Notes: generated by a model from the letters alone, not told the origin. 64,000 bases of DNA from an uncultured Alphaproteobacteria bacterium (GCA_903889655.1 CAISYL010000199.1:22966-86965), one strand, 5' to 3'. Shown: positions 48,081 to 58,070, numbered from the stretch's first letter. Numbers and translations are program-made.

Positions 48081-49252
48081 GCGTCTTCACTCCCGAGAAT
48101 AACGGTTGCGCTGCCCATACGCGATCCCAGAAGCCCGCCGGTTCCATGCGCCAGTGCAATATCGCAATTGCGAACCTGAACCTTCGGATGAGCCTCACCG
48201 CGAACCTGGCGGACTGCTTCAAGAATCTTGGTCATGCCGCCGCGATTGCCCGGGTGATTGTTGCACAATCCCCCGCCATCCGTGTTGAAGGGCAACTTGC
48301 CGACGCCGGAAATCAAGTTGCCGTCCGAGACGAACTTCCCGCCCTCACCTTTTTTGCAAAAACCCAGATCTTCGAGCGTTTCCAGCACTGTAATGGTGAA
48401 GGAATCGTAGATAGAGGCGTATTTAATGTCGGTGGGCGTGACGCCGGCTTCAGCGAAAGCTTTGGGCCCGCTCCAACGCGCGCCGGAATAGGTCAGATCG
48501 ACCTGGCCCGCCGCGAGATGCTTGGGCGCCTCACCGGCGCCGAGAACCTTGACGCGGGTACGCTTCAGCGACTTCGCCACTTCCGGGCTCACCATCACAA
48601 CGCCGCCGCCACCGTCGGTGATGACGCAACAGTCGAGCCTGTGCAACGGATCGGCAATCATCGGTGAATTGACGACATCTTCCACGGTCACAACGTCGCG
48701 GAGCCTGGCGTGTTCATTGTGCTGGGCGTGGTGGGATGCGGCGACCTTGATCCATGCGAGCTGCTCGCTGGTGGTGCCGTATTCGTACATATGCCGCATC
48801 GCACACATGGCGTACATATTCGTGACGTTGGGGCCATAAGGCATTTCGAACGGAAAGTCCGGCGCTTGCTGGTTGTAGTAACGGACGGGCTTGCCTTCTT
48901 TCGCATCGGCGACCGGCCGGCCTGCCAGCGTGATCAGCGCCACATTGCAATGCCCCGCGGCGATGGCCTGCGCGGCATGACTGACATGGACGATGTAGGA
49001 AGACCCGCCGGTCTCCGTGCTGTCCATATGACGCACATTATTGAGGCCCATATATTCGATCATGTTGATCGGGCCCAACCCGGGCGCGTCGCCGGCGCAG
49101 AAATATGCGTCAACATCGTCCTTTGAAAGACCTGCGTCCGCCAGCGCGCCCTTCGCGATCTCGGCATGAAGTTGCGGCAGCGTCTTGTCCAGCGCCGCGC
49201 GGCACGGATGCTCGTAGATGCCGATTATGTAGGATTTTCCGTTGATACCCAT
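48077..49252 (-). CDS. Thiolase-like protein, SCP-x / lipid-transfer (Ltp) type
   Basis: 391 aa. Thiolase fold with C-terminal NTDGGGLCNNHPGNRGG ... AHGTGG. AAGGGAATAGGG SD. Confidence 0.85.
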   Translation of the reverse strand: MGINGKSYIIGIYEHPCRAALDKTLPQLHAEIAKGALADAGLSKDDVDAYFCAGDAPGLGPINMIEYMGLNNVRHMDSTETGGSSYIVHVSHAAQAIAAGHCNVALITLAGRPVADAKEGKPVRYYNQQAPDFPFEMPYGPNVTNMYAMCAMRHMYEYGTTSEQLAWIKVAASHHAQHNEHARLRDVVTVEDVVNSPMIADPLHRLDCCVITDGGGGVVMVSPEVAKSLKRTRVKVLGAGEAPKHLAAGQVDLTYSGARWSGPKAFAEAGVTPTDIKYASIYDSFTITVLETLEDLGFCKKGEGGKFVSDGNLISGVGKLPFNTDGGGLCNNHPGNRGGMTKILEAVRQVRGEAHPKVQVRNCDIALAHGTGGLLGSRMGSATVILGSEDA

Positions 49253-49382
49253 CCCTATTCCCTTATCATGATTTCCTTATTGCTTAGCGCATTCATGGGG
49301 GAAACGTCCAGCCCGTCCACGAAAAGGCGGAAGCGGCGGTTACGGTCGATCGGAAGAACAGGTCGAGCGAGGGAGAATCGGA

Positions 49383-50138
49383 TTGGGGACGGTGAAGATT
49401 GAAAACGCGGGCGGCGTCAGGACCATCACGCTTGCACGCGCTGAAAAACGCAATGCCCTTGACGGACGAATGCTCGATGGCCTGACCGCCGCCTTTCGGC
49501 AGACACCGCCCGAGGAAGAACGCGTCACCGTTATTCGCGCCGAAGGCTCCGTGTTCTGTTCTGGCCTCGATTTGCGCGTGCGAGACGCGGGAACGCTCGG
49601 GGCGGTGTCCATCGAGACGATGCTGCACGCGATCGAGACCTATCCCTTGCCGGTGGTCGCAGTCGTTCAGGGCGATGCGATCGCAGGCGGCAATGAACTC
49701 GCGCTGCACTGCGATTTTGTCATCGCCAGCACGGACGCGCGATTTGGCATGTCGCTCGCCAAAATCGGCCTCGCCCCTACCTGGTTCCTGGCGAAGAAAA
49801 TTCTCGAAGTCGCCGGGCCGGTCGGCGCACGGGAAATGCTGCTGCTGGGCGACCTGCTGACCGCGCACCGGATGCACGAACTCGGACTGATAGCCCGAAT
49901 GGCGCCTGCCGCCGGACTGGAGGAGGAGACCTCGAAGATCGTCTCCCGACTGGCCGCCAACGCGCCTCTGTCCTTACGGGCCATGAAGGCGGTGCTGGTG
50001 CGCGCCATGACTTTCCGCGACGGCATACCGCATGAGGATATAGACCGGCTTGTGCGCGCCGCGGGAGACAGTGCCGACGCGCGGGAGGGCATTACCGCCC
50101 TCCTCGAGCGCCGGACGGCGGTTTTCAAAGGCCAATAG
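49383..50138 (+). CDS. Enoyl-CoA hydratase/isomerase family protein
   Basis: ITLARAEKRNAL, AEGSVFCSGLDL, AIAGGNELALHCD. Apparent TTG start at 49383 (GGGAGA SD); a GTG at 49392 is also possible. Confidence 0.8.
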   Translation: MGTVKIENAGGVRTITLARAEKRNALDGRMLDGLTAAFRQTPPEEERVTVIRAEGSVFCSGLDLRVRDAGTLGAVSIETMLHAIETYPLPVVAVVQGDAIAGGNELALHCDFVIASTDARFGMSLAKIGLAPTWFLAKKILEVAGPVGAREMLLLGDLLTAHRMHELGLIARMAPAAGLEEETSKIVSRLAANAPLSLRAMKAVLVRAMTFRDGIPHEDIDRLVRAAGDSADAREGITALLERRTAVFKGQ

Positions 50139-50155
50139 AAAAGGCGACAAGACTC

Positions 50156-50494
50156 ATGTCCGTTCGAATGAAAAAAGCCTGGCAGGAACTTACGGCCGCC
50201 AACGTCACGGTGCTCGGCGGCGAGCTTGGTATCTACCAGATCGCCGACGAAAAAGAACATGTCCTCCGCATCGGTTTCGCTGGCGGGCGTTCCCTTTTCG
50301 GGTTGCGGGGTGAACTCCTCAAGGCGCTGGAAGAACATCGCGGCCGCCGCACCTTCTTCCGCGTCGAAATAAATTGCCAATACATGAGCCGTTACGAAGA
50401 ACTTCTGATGGTCCATATGGCCGACTACGGATCGCTGCCGGCGGGAAACGCCTTCGAAGGCAACCGCAAAATCGGCCGGCTGAGCATTGGCTGA
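50156..50494 (+). CDS. Small conserved-looking hypothetical protein with a GIY-x11-IG motif
   Basis: 112 aa. LGIYQIADEKEHVLRIGFAGGRS...YMSRYEELLMVHMADYGSLPAGN. Sits between the crotonase and ACAD genes, 17 nt after the crotonase stop. Confidence 0.5.
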   Translation: MSVRMKKAWQELTAANVTVLGGELGIYQIADEKEHVLRIGFAGGRSLFGLRGELLKALEEHRGRRTFFRVEINCQYMSRYEELLMVHMADYGSLPAGNAFEGNRKIGRLSIG

Positions 50495-50561
50495 GAGAGC
50501 CGAAACGACGCGAGAAAGTACAAGGCCGCGAAGGCCGGACGACAGCAAGGGAAGAAAGATC

Positions 50562-51725
50562 ATGGATTTTGCCATGACGGACGAGCAGCGGCTCATCGTC
50601 GAACAGGTACGGCGCTTCGTGCGCGAGGAAGTCGCTCCCCTTGAAGACAAGCTCGATCCCGACGAGAGCCGGCTCGGCCCCGACGATTACGCGCGCCTCG
50701 TCGCGAAGGTGAAGGACATGGGCCTGCACGGCCTCGGCGTTCCTCCCGAATACGGCGGCCCAGACATCGATACCGTCACCATGACGCTGATCGCGATCGA
50801 GATTTCGCAGCATCGCGCAGGCCTATATTCGCCCTGCTACGGAAGTTTCGGCGGCGCCGGGCTCGCCCATCTTTACGAGGCGAGCGAGGATCTGAAAAAG
50901 CGTTATCTCTATCCGACGCTGAATGGCGAGAAACACGGCTTTTTCGGATTGACCGAACCGTCCGGCGGCTCCGATCCGGCGCGCGCCATACAAACCCGGG
51001 CTGTCAAGGACGGCGATGACTGGGTCATCAACGGCGCGAAGATTTTCATCTCCGGCGCGGACAAGGCGGAATACGGCATCGTTTTCGCACGGACCGATGC
51101 GGGCAAGGGCCGCAACGGCATTACCTGCTTCATCGTCGATACGGACACGCCCGGGTTTCACGTCCGCCGCGTCGTCCACACGCTTCGATCCGCCTATTAT
51201 GCGACGGAGCTTCAGTTCGAGAACATGCGCGTGCCATCAGCGAATGTGCTGGGCGAGGTGAACAAGGGATTCGCAATCGCCAACGACCGGCTGAGCCGAC
51301 AGCGCATTCCTTATGCGGCCAGTTGCATAGGCATCGCCATCAAGGCGCAAGCAATGTGCGTCGAGTACGCCAAACTGCGCGAGACTTTCGGGGCGCCTCT
51401 CGCCACACGGCAGGCCGTGCAATGGATGGTGGTGGATAACGAAATCGACATCCGCACCGCCAGGTGGGCGACGCTGGACGCCGCCTGCAAGGCGGATCGC
51501 GGCGAGCCCTTCCGCACCGAGGCCGCGATGGCAAAACTTCTCTCCACGGAAGGCGCCAGCCGCGTCGTCGATCGCGCCATCCAGATTCACGGCGGCTACG
51601 GCGTCACCAAGGATCTGCCGCTGGAGCGCTGGTACCGCGAGATGCGAATCCGGCGCATCGGCGAGGGGCCGAGCGAGGTGCAGCGCCTGGTCATGGCTCG
51701 CGATCTTTTCGGCGCATCGTTATGA
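50562..51725 (+). CDS. Acyl-CoA dehydrogenase
   Basis: 387 aa. GLTEPSGGSDPA, C-terminal RIGEGPSEVQ (canonical catalytic-Glu motif present). Confidence 0.9.
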   Translation: MDFAMTDEQRLIVEQVRRFVREEVAPLEDKLDPDESRLGPDDYARLVAKVKDMGLHGLGVPPEYGGPDIDTVTMTLIAIEISQHRAGLYSPCYGSFGGAGLAHLYEASEDLKKRYLYPTLNGEKHGFFGLTEPSGGSDPARAIQTRAVKDGDDWVINGAKIFISGADKAEYGIVFARTDAGKGRNGITCFIVDTDTPGFHVRRVVHTLRSAYYATELQFENMRVPSANVLGEVNKGFAIANDRLSRQRIPYAASCIGIAIKAQAMCVEYAKLRETFGAPLATRQAVQWMVVDNEIDIRTARWATLDAACKADRGEPFRTEAAMAKLLSTEGASRVVDRAIQIHGGYGVTKDLPLERWYREMRIRRIGEGPSEVQRLVMARDLFGASL

Positions 51726-52954
51726 CGAAGGCGGACCCGGCCATGGACGACGATGAAGCGAGACCGCAGCCGCTGCAAGGCGTGAAGGTGATCGATCTGG
51801 GTCAGGTCTATCAGGGTCCCTACGCCGCCTTCCTGATGGCGAAAGCCGGAGCCGAGGTCATAAAGGTCGAACCACTCCACGGCGAGCCGCTGCGAATACG
51901 CGAGGCGCTGGGCGGCGGGGCGTCGCTGCCGATGGCCATGCTCAATTCCAACAAGCGCGCCATCACGCTCAATCTGAGGAGCCCGCGGGGATGCGAACTT
52001 CTCAAGGCTCTCGTCAGCCGTAGCGACGTCCTGATCGAGAATTACGCTCCGGGTGTCATGGACCGCCTCGGCGTGGGCGCGAAAACGCTGTTCGAGGTCA
52101 ATCCGCGCCTCGTATACGCCTCGGCGACGGGCTACGGCCTGTCGGGGCCGGAACGGGACAGCCTCGCCATGGACCTTACCATTCAGGCCGCCTCCGGCAT
52201 CATGAGCGTGACGGGCTTTCCGGACGGACCGCCCCTGAAAGCCGGCCCTGCGGTCGCCGATTTCATTTCCGGCACCCATCTTTACGGTGCGATCGTGACG
52301 GCGCTGTTCGAGCGCGAACGGACGGGATGCGGCCGTATGGTAGAGGTGGCGATGATTGAAACCATCTATCCGACGCTCGCCTCCAACCTCGGCATGATCC
52401 AGTCCGATCCAGGGCCGCCGCCGCCGCGCACCGGCAACCGGCATGGCGGCCTCGCAATCTCACCTTACAATGTCTACCCCTGCAAGGACGGACACGTCGC
52501 GGTCATTTGCCTGGTCGAAGCCCACTGGACGAACCTGCTCAAGGCCATGGGGCGCGGGGAACTGAAGGACGATCCGCGCTTCCTCGACAACGCCGCCCGC
52601 GTCACGCACATGGACGAGACGGACGCCGTCGTCGAGGAATGGACGAGAAACCTGACGCGCGCCGAGATTTTCGAGATGTCGCGCGCGTATCGCCTGCCCA
52701 CCGCGCCGGTGCGGAATCTCGTCGAAGTGACGAACAGCCCGCATATGCACGAGCGCGGCATGCTGCAATGGATCGACCATTACAGTCTGGGACGCATCGT
52801 GGTGCCGAACAGCCCATTGCGGTATCACGGCACGCCGCAGATGATGGGCGCGTCCAATCCGAGACTCGGCGAGCACAATCTCGAAATTTACGGCGGCGTG
52901 CTGGGGCTCAGCGACAGCGAAATCGACGCCCTGAAGGCCGATGGCGTCATCTGA
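51722..52954 (+). CDS. Class III CoA-transferase (CaiB/BaiF family)
   Basis: LQGVKVIDLGQVYQGPYAAFLMAKAGAEVIKVEP. 410 aa. ATGA overlap with the ACAD stop. Confidence 0.85.
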   Translation: MTKADPAMDDDEARPQPLQGVKVIDLGQVYQGPYAAFLMAKAGAEVIKVEPLHGEPLRIREALGGGASLPMAMLNSNKRAITLNLRSPRGCELLKALVSRSDVLIENYAPGVMDRLGVGAKTLFEVNPRLVYASATGYGLSGPERDSLAMDLTIQAASGIMSVTGFPDGPPLKAGPAVADFISGTHLYGAIVTALFERERTGCGRMVEVAMIETIYPTLASNLGMIQSDPGPPPPRTGNRHGGLAISPYNVYPCKDGHVAVICLVEAHWTNLLKAMGRGELKDDPRFLDNAARVTHMDETDAVVEEWTRNLTRAEIFEMSRAYRLPTAPVRNLVEVTNSPHMHERGMLQWIDHYSLGRIVVPNSPLRYHGTPQMMGASNPRLGEHNLEIYGGVLGLSDSEIDALKADGVI

Positions 52955-53016
52955 CGTCGAGGCAATCTGATCTTTTGCATCAACGCGCCGGAGATTTCGC
53001 GGCTGCTTTCAGGTTA

Positions 53017-53044
53017 TCGACAGCACCCCAAAAAACATTATAAT
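53017..53044 (+). promoter_or_regulatory. Near-consensus sigma70 promoter with the -10 centred in a perfect 16-bp palindrome
   Basis: TCGACA-N16-TATAAT. Palindrome AAACATTATAATGTTT at 53033-53048. 86 nt upstream of the ligase ATG at 53130. Confidence 0.5.
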
Positions 53045-53129
53045 GTTTCAAAAGCTATGCGGATGATTGAACCATCCGAAGTCGGCCTCTCGTGCCGGCA
53101 ACCGGGGAAGAGCGCTTCAGGGAGGAACC

Positions 53130-54671
53130 ATGACAGCCGCGTTAAGCCTGTCGTTCGAGGACGCCGCATCGAAGGGAATGATCGTCGCCTGGCACGCAGC
53201 TCAGGCGCCGGACCGGCTCGCGATTTCATCCGAAAAAGGCAATCGCAGTTATTCAGAGTTGAATGCGCAGGCCAACCGGCTGGTCAGGGTGTTGCGGGGC
53301 GCCGGCCTTCAATCCGGCGACGGTGTGGCGCTTCTTTGCATCAACCGTCCCGAATTTGTCGAGACTGTCATGGCCTGTCAACGTGCCGGCTTCCGGATGA
53401 CCCCCGTCAACTGGCATCTCACGCCCGCGGAAGTCGCCTATATCGTGGACAATTGCGAGGCGAAGGCTTTTATCGCGGATATACGGCTTGCATCCTCGGC
53501 GACGCAGGCCGCTACCGCGGCGTCCGGTCTGCGCATCAAGCTCGCCGTGGGCGGACCGATCGAGGGTTTTGCCTCTTACGACACGCTGGTCGCGCGCGAA
53601 TCCGGCGCGAATATCGACGATCCCATCATCGGCAGCCAGATGCTCTATACGTCGGGCACGACCGGTCATCCGAAGGGCGTCTACCGGGGCAGCGCACCGG
53701 CGGCCTCGTCGCTTTTCAGCAAGATGGTCGAGACGGCGCGGTTCAACAACGCCACGGACCTGGCGGTGGTGACGGGGCCGCTCTATCACGCTGCGCCGCT
53801 GTCCCTCAATCTCCTGCTTCCGCTCTCGGCCGGCGTCGGCGCGATACTGATGGACAAGTGGGACGCGGAGGAAATGCTTCGGCTGGTCGATAGACATCGC
53901 ATCACGCATACGCATGTCGTGCCGACCATGCTTCACCGCATTCTCCTTCTTCCGCCGGAGGTCCGGGCCAAATACGACATCTCGACGCTGAGGTGGATCC
54001 TCCACGGGGCAGCGCCCTGCCCCGTGCATGTGAAGCGGGAGACGATCGAGTGGCTCGGTCCGGTCGTCTTTGAATATTACGGCGCGACGGAAGGCGGTGG
54101 CGTCTTTGTCCATCCGGACGAATGGCTGGAAAAGCCAGGTTCGGTGGGCAGGCCGACGGAGGGTGTCGTTCTGCAGATTCAGAACGAGAACGGCAAGGAA
54201 TTGCCGCAGCGCGAGATCGGCACCGTCTATTTCAAGGCGCCGGAAAAAACCGCGAGCGTCTATCGAGGCGATTTCTTCACCATGGGCGACATGGGCTATG
54301 TCGATGAGGACGGATTCCTGTTCCTGACCGGCCGCAGCGCCGAGGTCATTATTTCCGGCGGCGTCAACATCTATCCCGCCGAGATCGACCAGGAGATCCT
54401 TCAGCACCCCTCGGTCAAGGACGTGGCCACGGTCGGCGTGCCCAACAAGGAATGGGGCGAAGAAGTGAAGGCGGTCGTTCAGCTCAATGAAGGTTACGAG
54501 CCGGGCGAAGCGCTGGCCAAGGACATACTCGATTTCGTGGCGACGCGGCTGGCGGCCTATAAGCGCCCCCGGTCCGTCGATTTCGCGGATGACCTGCCGC
54601 GGCTGACGACGGGCAAGATCGTGCGGCGGACGGTTCGCGACAGATACTGGCAAGGCGAAAAGAAAATATAA
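53130..54671 (+). CDS. AMP-forming acyl-CoA ligase
   Basis: YTSGTTGHPKGV, C-terminal LTTGKIVRR. 513 aa. AGGGAGGAA SD. Confidence 0.85.
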   Translation: MTAALSLSFEDAASKGMIVAWHAAQAPDRLAISSEKGNRSYSELNAQANRLVRVLRGAGLQSGDGVALLCINRPEFVETVMACQRAGFRMTPVNWHLTPAEVAYIVDNCEAKAFIADIRLASSATQAATAASGLRIKLAVGGPIEGFASYDTLVARESGANIDDPIIGSQMLYTSGTTGHPKGVYRGSAPAASSLFSKMVETARFNNATDLAVVTGPLYHAAPLSLNLLLPLSAGVGAILMDKWDAEEMLRLVDRHRITHTHVVPTMLHRILLLPPEVRAKYDISTLRWILHGAAPCPVHVKRETIEWLGPVVFEYYGATEGGGVFVHPDEWLEKPGSVGRPTEGVVLQIQNENGKELPQREIGTVYFKAPEKTASVYRGDFFTMGDMGYVDEDGFLFLTGRSAEVIISGGVNIYPAEIDQEILQHPSVKDVATVGVPNKEWGEEVKAVVQLNEGYEPGEALAKDILDFVATRLAAYKRPRSVDFADDLPRLTTGKIVRRTVRDRYWQGEKKI

Positions 54672-54690
54672 TGGGACGGGGAGAAAGCTG

Positions 54691-55590
54691 ATGGCTGGAT
54701 TGTGCAAGGGCCGCGTCGTCATCGTGACGGGCGGCGCCAGAGGTATCGGGCGGGAACATTGCCTGGAATTCGCGCATCAGGGCGCCAAGGTGGTGGTGAA
54801 CGATCTCGGGAGCGAGCGGACAGGCGAGGGCCGCTCGAGCGAACCCGCCGAGGCGCTGGCGAAGGAAATCAGGGCCATGGGGGGCGAGGCGGTCGCCAAT
54901 GGCGATGACGTGTCCGACTGGGACGGCGCCAAACGGATGATCGATCAGGCGATCTCGACCTTTGGCGGCCTCGACGTGCTCGTCAGCAATGCCGGCATTT
55001 TGCGCGACCGCATGCTGACCAACATGACGATCGACGAATGGGATGCGGTCATCAAGGTTCATCTGAGAGGCACGTTTTGCCCGGCCCACCATGCCGCGAA
55101 CTACTGGCGGGCGCAGGTAAAGGCGGGCAAGACGGTCGACGCCCGCATCATCAACACAACCTCCGTTTCGGGCCTGCTGGGCAATCAGGGGCAATGCAAT
55201 TATGGCGCGGCCAAAGCGGGCATTGCCGCTTTCACGATCACGTCGGCGATGGAGCTTGCGCGCTACGGCATCACCGTGAATGCGATCTCGCCGGGCGCGC
55301 TTACCCGGATGACGGAAGACCTCGGCTATGCCGTGGCGGTGCCCGAGGGTGAGTGGAACCCGCGCGATCCGGCCAACATTGCGCCTATCGTCGTCTGGCT
55401 CGGAAGCAGTGAGTCGAAAGACGTGACCGGCCAAGTCTTCGAATCCACGGGCGGGCGGCTGACAGTCTTCGAGCGCTGGCACCGCGGGCCGGCCATTAAC
55501 CCGAAGCGCCGTTTCGATCCGGCCGAGCTTGGTCCGATTGTCAAGGACCTCCTCAGCAAGACGAGACCGCCGGACGCGATCGGCGGCTGA
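54691..55590 (+). CDS. SDR-family 3-hydroxyacyl-CoA dehydrogenase-like (MFE-2/Hsd4A N-domain type)
   Basis: VIVTGGARGIGRE, VSNAGILRD, NYGAAKAG. 299 aa. Confidence 0.85.
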   Translation: MAGLCKGRVVIVTGGARGIGREHCLEFAHQGAKVVVNDLGSERTGEGRSSEPAEALAKEIRAMGGEAVANGDDVSDWDGAKRMIDQAISTFGGLDVLVSNAGILRDRMLTNMTIDEWDAVIKVHLRGTFCPAHHAANYWRAQVKAGKTVDARIINTTSVSGLLGNQGQCNYGAAKAGIAAFTITSAMELARYGITVNAISPGALTRMTEDLGYAVAVPEGEWNPRDPANIAPIVVWLGSSESKDVTGQVFESTGGRLTVFERWHRGPAINPKRRFDPAELGPIVKDLLSKTRPPDAIGG

Positions 55591-55655
55591 CGGGGATACC
55601 AGCGACCATATCGAACCGGGCCGCTAGGCCGAAGACAAACACCAGACAAGGATGA

Positions 55656-56795
55656 ATGCCGACAATGGATTTTTCGTTCAGCGAGGAGCAGACGCTGCTG
55701 CGCAATTCGGTGCAGAGCCTGCTCGCCGACAAATATGACTTCGACACGCGCCGCAAGATCGTGAAGTCGGCCGACGGCTGGAGCCCGGCCATGTGGAAGC
55801 AGTTCGCCGATCTCGGCCTTCTCGCCGCGCCCTTTTCGGAAGAGCAGGGCGGCCTCGGCGGCGGCCCCATCGAAACGATGATCCTGATGGAAGAGTTCGG
55901 CCGTCACCTCGTCGTCGAACCCTTCGTCGAGACGGTCGTGCTCGCCGGCGGGTTCCTCCGCGAGGGCGGCTCGAAAGCGCAAGCCGACGCGCACATCCCC
56001 GGCATCGTCGACGGTTCGACCGTCTGGGCCTTCGCCTATGCCGAGCCGCAGGGCCGCTACAACCTCGCCGACCTCGTCACCACGGCGAAGAAGGACGGCG
56101 CGGGCTACACGCTGAACGGCTACAAGGCCGTCGTTCTCGGCGCGCCCTGGGCCTCGAAGCTCGTCGTCACCGCCCGCACGTCCGGCGGCCAACGCGACCG
56201 CGACGGCGTCTCGGTTTTCATCGTCGACAAATCGGCGGCGGGCGTTTCGACCCGCGACTATCCGACGGTCGATGGCCGCCGTGCTTCGGAAATCACCTTC
56301 GAGAACGTCAAGCTCGGCGCCGACGCGCTGATCGGCGCGGAAGGCAAGGCTCTGCCGCTCGTCGAGAAGATCACCGATCAGGCGATCGCCGCTCTCTCCG
56401 CCGAAGCCATCGGCTGCATGGGCGAACTCAATAAGGCGACCGTCGAGTACTGCAAGACGCGCAAGCAGTTCGGCGTTCCCATCGGCAAGTTCCAGGTGCT
56501 GCAGCACCGCATGGTCGACATGTTCATGGCCTATGAGCAGTCCGTCTCCATGACCTACATGGTCAACCTGAAGCTTTCGGAGAGCGACGCCGAGCGCGTC
56601 AAGGCCGCCGCCGGCGCCAAGGTGCAGATCGGCAAGGCGGGCCGCTTCGTCGGCCAGCAGGCCGTGCAGCTTCACGGCGGCATGGGCATGACCGACGAGC
56701 TCAATGTCGGCCACTACTTCAAGCGGCTGACCATGATCGACACCCAGTTCGGCAATGTCGACCACCAGCTCAAGCGCTATTCCCAGGCGGCGTAA
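55656..56795 (+). CDS. Acyl-CoA dehydrogenase-fold protein with divergent C-terminal motif
   Basis: 379 aa. FSEEQTLLRNSV start. The position of the canonical YEGTxEIQ reads TQFGNVDHQ. Confidence 0.85.
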   Translation: MPTMDFSFSEEQTLLRNSVQSLLADKYDFDTRRKIVKSADGWSPAMWKQFADLGLLAAPFSEEQGGLGGGPIETMILMEEFGRHLVVEPFVETVVLAGGFLREGGSKAQADAHIPGIVDGSTVWAFAYAEPQGRYNLADLVTTAKKDGAGYTLNGYKAVVLGAPWASKLVVTARTSGGQRDRDGVSVFIVDKSAAGVSTRDYPTVDGRRASEITFENVKLGADALIGAEGKALPLVEKITDQAIAALSAEAIGCMGELNKATVEYCKTRKQFGVPIGKFQVLQHRMVDMFMAYEQSVSMTYMVNLKLSESDAERVKAAAGAKVQIGKAGRFVGQQAVQLHGGMGMTDELNVGHYFKRLTMIDTQFGNVDHQLKRYSQAA

Positions 56796-56818
56796 GCCCG
56801 AAGGATTGGTGGACTGAC

Positions 56819-56851
56819 ATAAAAAAGGGCCGCATCCCGAATGCGGCCCTT
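56819..56851 (-). terminator. Rho-independent terminator in a convergent gap (clear U-tract only for the minus-strand gene)
   Basis: 11-bp stem AAGGGCCGCAT (56825-56835) / ATGCGGCCCTT (56841-56851), loop CCCGA. On the minus strand it is followed by TTTTTT. Confidence 0.65.
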
Positions 56852-56870
56852 CGCATGTCCGGATGGTCCG

Positions 56871-58070
56871 TCAAAGTCCCAGAACGGCCTTTGCAATGAC
56901 ATTGCGCTGGATTTCGTTCGAACCGCCATAAATCGAAGCGGCGCGACCGAAATTATAGGCGCTTGTCACGCTCACCGCATAGGCGGGCCCGACGGGTGCT
57001 TCATTGGCGATTCCAATCAAATGTTCCCTCTGGAACGGCATGGCGTAGAAGGCGACGGCCTCGACGGCAAGCTCCGACAACGCCTGCTGAACTTCGGTCC
57101 CTACAATCTTCAAGGTCGAGGAAAAGGGGCCAGCGGGACGGCCCGCCACCTCCTCCGAAACGATCCTCAGATTGGTATATTCGAGACCCGTGAGCTTCAC
57201 CTCGATTTCGGAGAGCCTCGTCATGAATGCCGGTTCGTCCGCCAGCGCCGCGCCATCGCCAAGCCTTTCCTGTCTCGCGATTTTCCTGAGGTGCGCGATC
57301 TTGCGCTTGGACTCAGGAACACCTGCAATGCCGGTGCGCTCGTTGACGAGCAAGAACTTGGCGTAGGTCCAGCCCTTGTTTTCATCGCCGATGCGGTTCG
57401 TCACCGGCACCTTGACGTCAGTGAAAAAAACTTCGTTCAAGTGATGCAGTCCGTCGATGGAAATGATCGGCTTCACCTCGATGCCGGGCGTCTTCATGTC
57501 GATCAGAAGGAACGAGATGCCTTCCTGCTGTTTGGCGGTCTCATCCGTTCGCACGAGACAGAATATCCAATCGGCTTCATGGGCATAGGACGTCCAGATT
57601 TTCTGGCCGTTGACGATGTAATGGTCGCCCTGACGCACGGCCTTGGTCTTCAGCGAAGCGAGGTCCGATCCGGATCCCGGCTCCGAATAACCCTGGCACC
57701 ACCAGACATCGCCGGTAAGAATGCCCGCCAGGTGCTGCTTTTTCTGCGCTTCATTGCCGAATGTGTAGATCACCGGTCCCACCATGGACAGGCCGAATGG
57801 AGAAAGCCGCGGTGCATTGGCGAACGCCATTTCCTCGTTGAAAAGGAACTTCTGCATCGGCGTCCATCCAGTGCCGCCATACTGCCTGGGCCAATTGACC
57901 GCTACCCAGCCTTTCTCGTGGAGGTCCTTCTGCCAGCGCCTGAGCGCACCGCGCTCGCCGGACGCGCCCACTGTGTCTCTCTCCGCGAGCTCCCTAGGCA
58001 GTTTTTCCGAAATGAACCGACGGACTTCCGCGCGGAAGGCTTCGTCCTCTTTCGTAAGTTCGATATCCAT
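56871..58070 (-). CDS. Acyl-CoA dehydrogenase (399-aa paralog A)
   Basis: WWCQGYSEPGSGSDLASL, NGQKIWTSYAHEADWIFCLVRT, C-terminal IYGGSNEIQ. Confidence 0.9.
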   Translation of the reverse strand: MDIELTKEDEAFRAEVRRFISEKLPRELAERDTVGASGERGALRRWQKDLHEKGWVAVNWPRQYGGTGWTPMQKFLFNEEMAFANAPRLSPFGLSMVGPVIYTFGNEAQKKQHLAGILTGDVWWCQGYSEPGSGSDLASLKTKAVRQGDHYIVNGQKIWTSYAHEADWIFCLVRTDETAKQQEGISFLLIDMKTPGIEVKPIISIDGLHHLNEVFFTDVKVPVTNRIGDENKGWTYAKFLLVNERTGIAGVPESKRKIAHLRKIARQERLGDGAALADEPAFMTRLSEIEVKLTGLEYTNLRIVSEEVAGRPAGPFSSTLKIVGTEVQQALSELAVEAVAFYAMPFQREHLIGIANEAPVGPAYAVSVTSAYNFGRAASIYGGSNEIQRNVIAKAVLGL

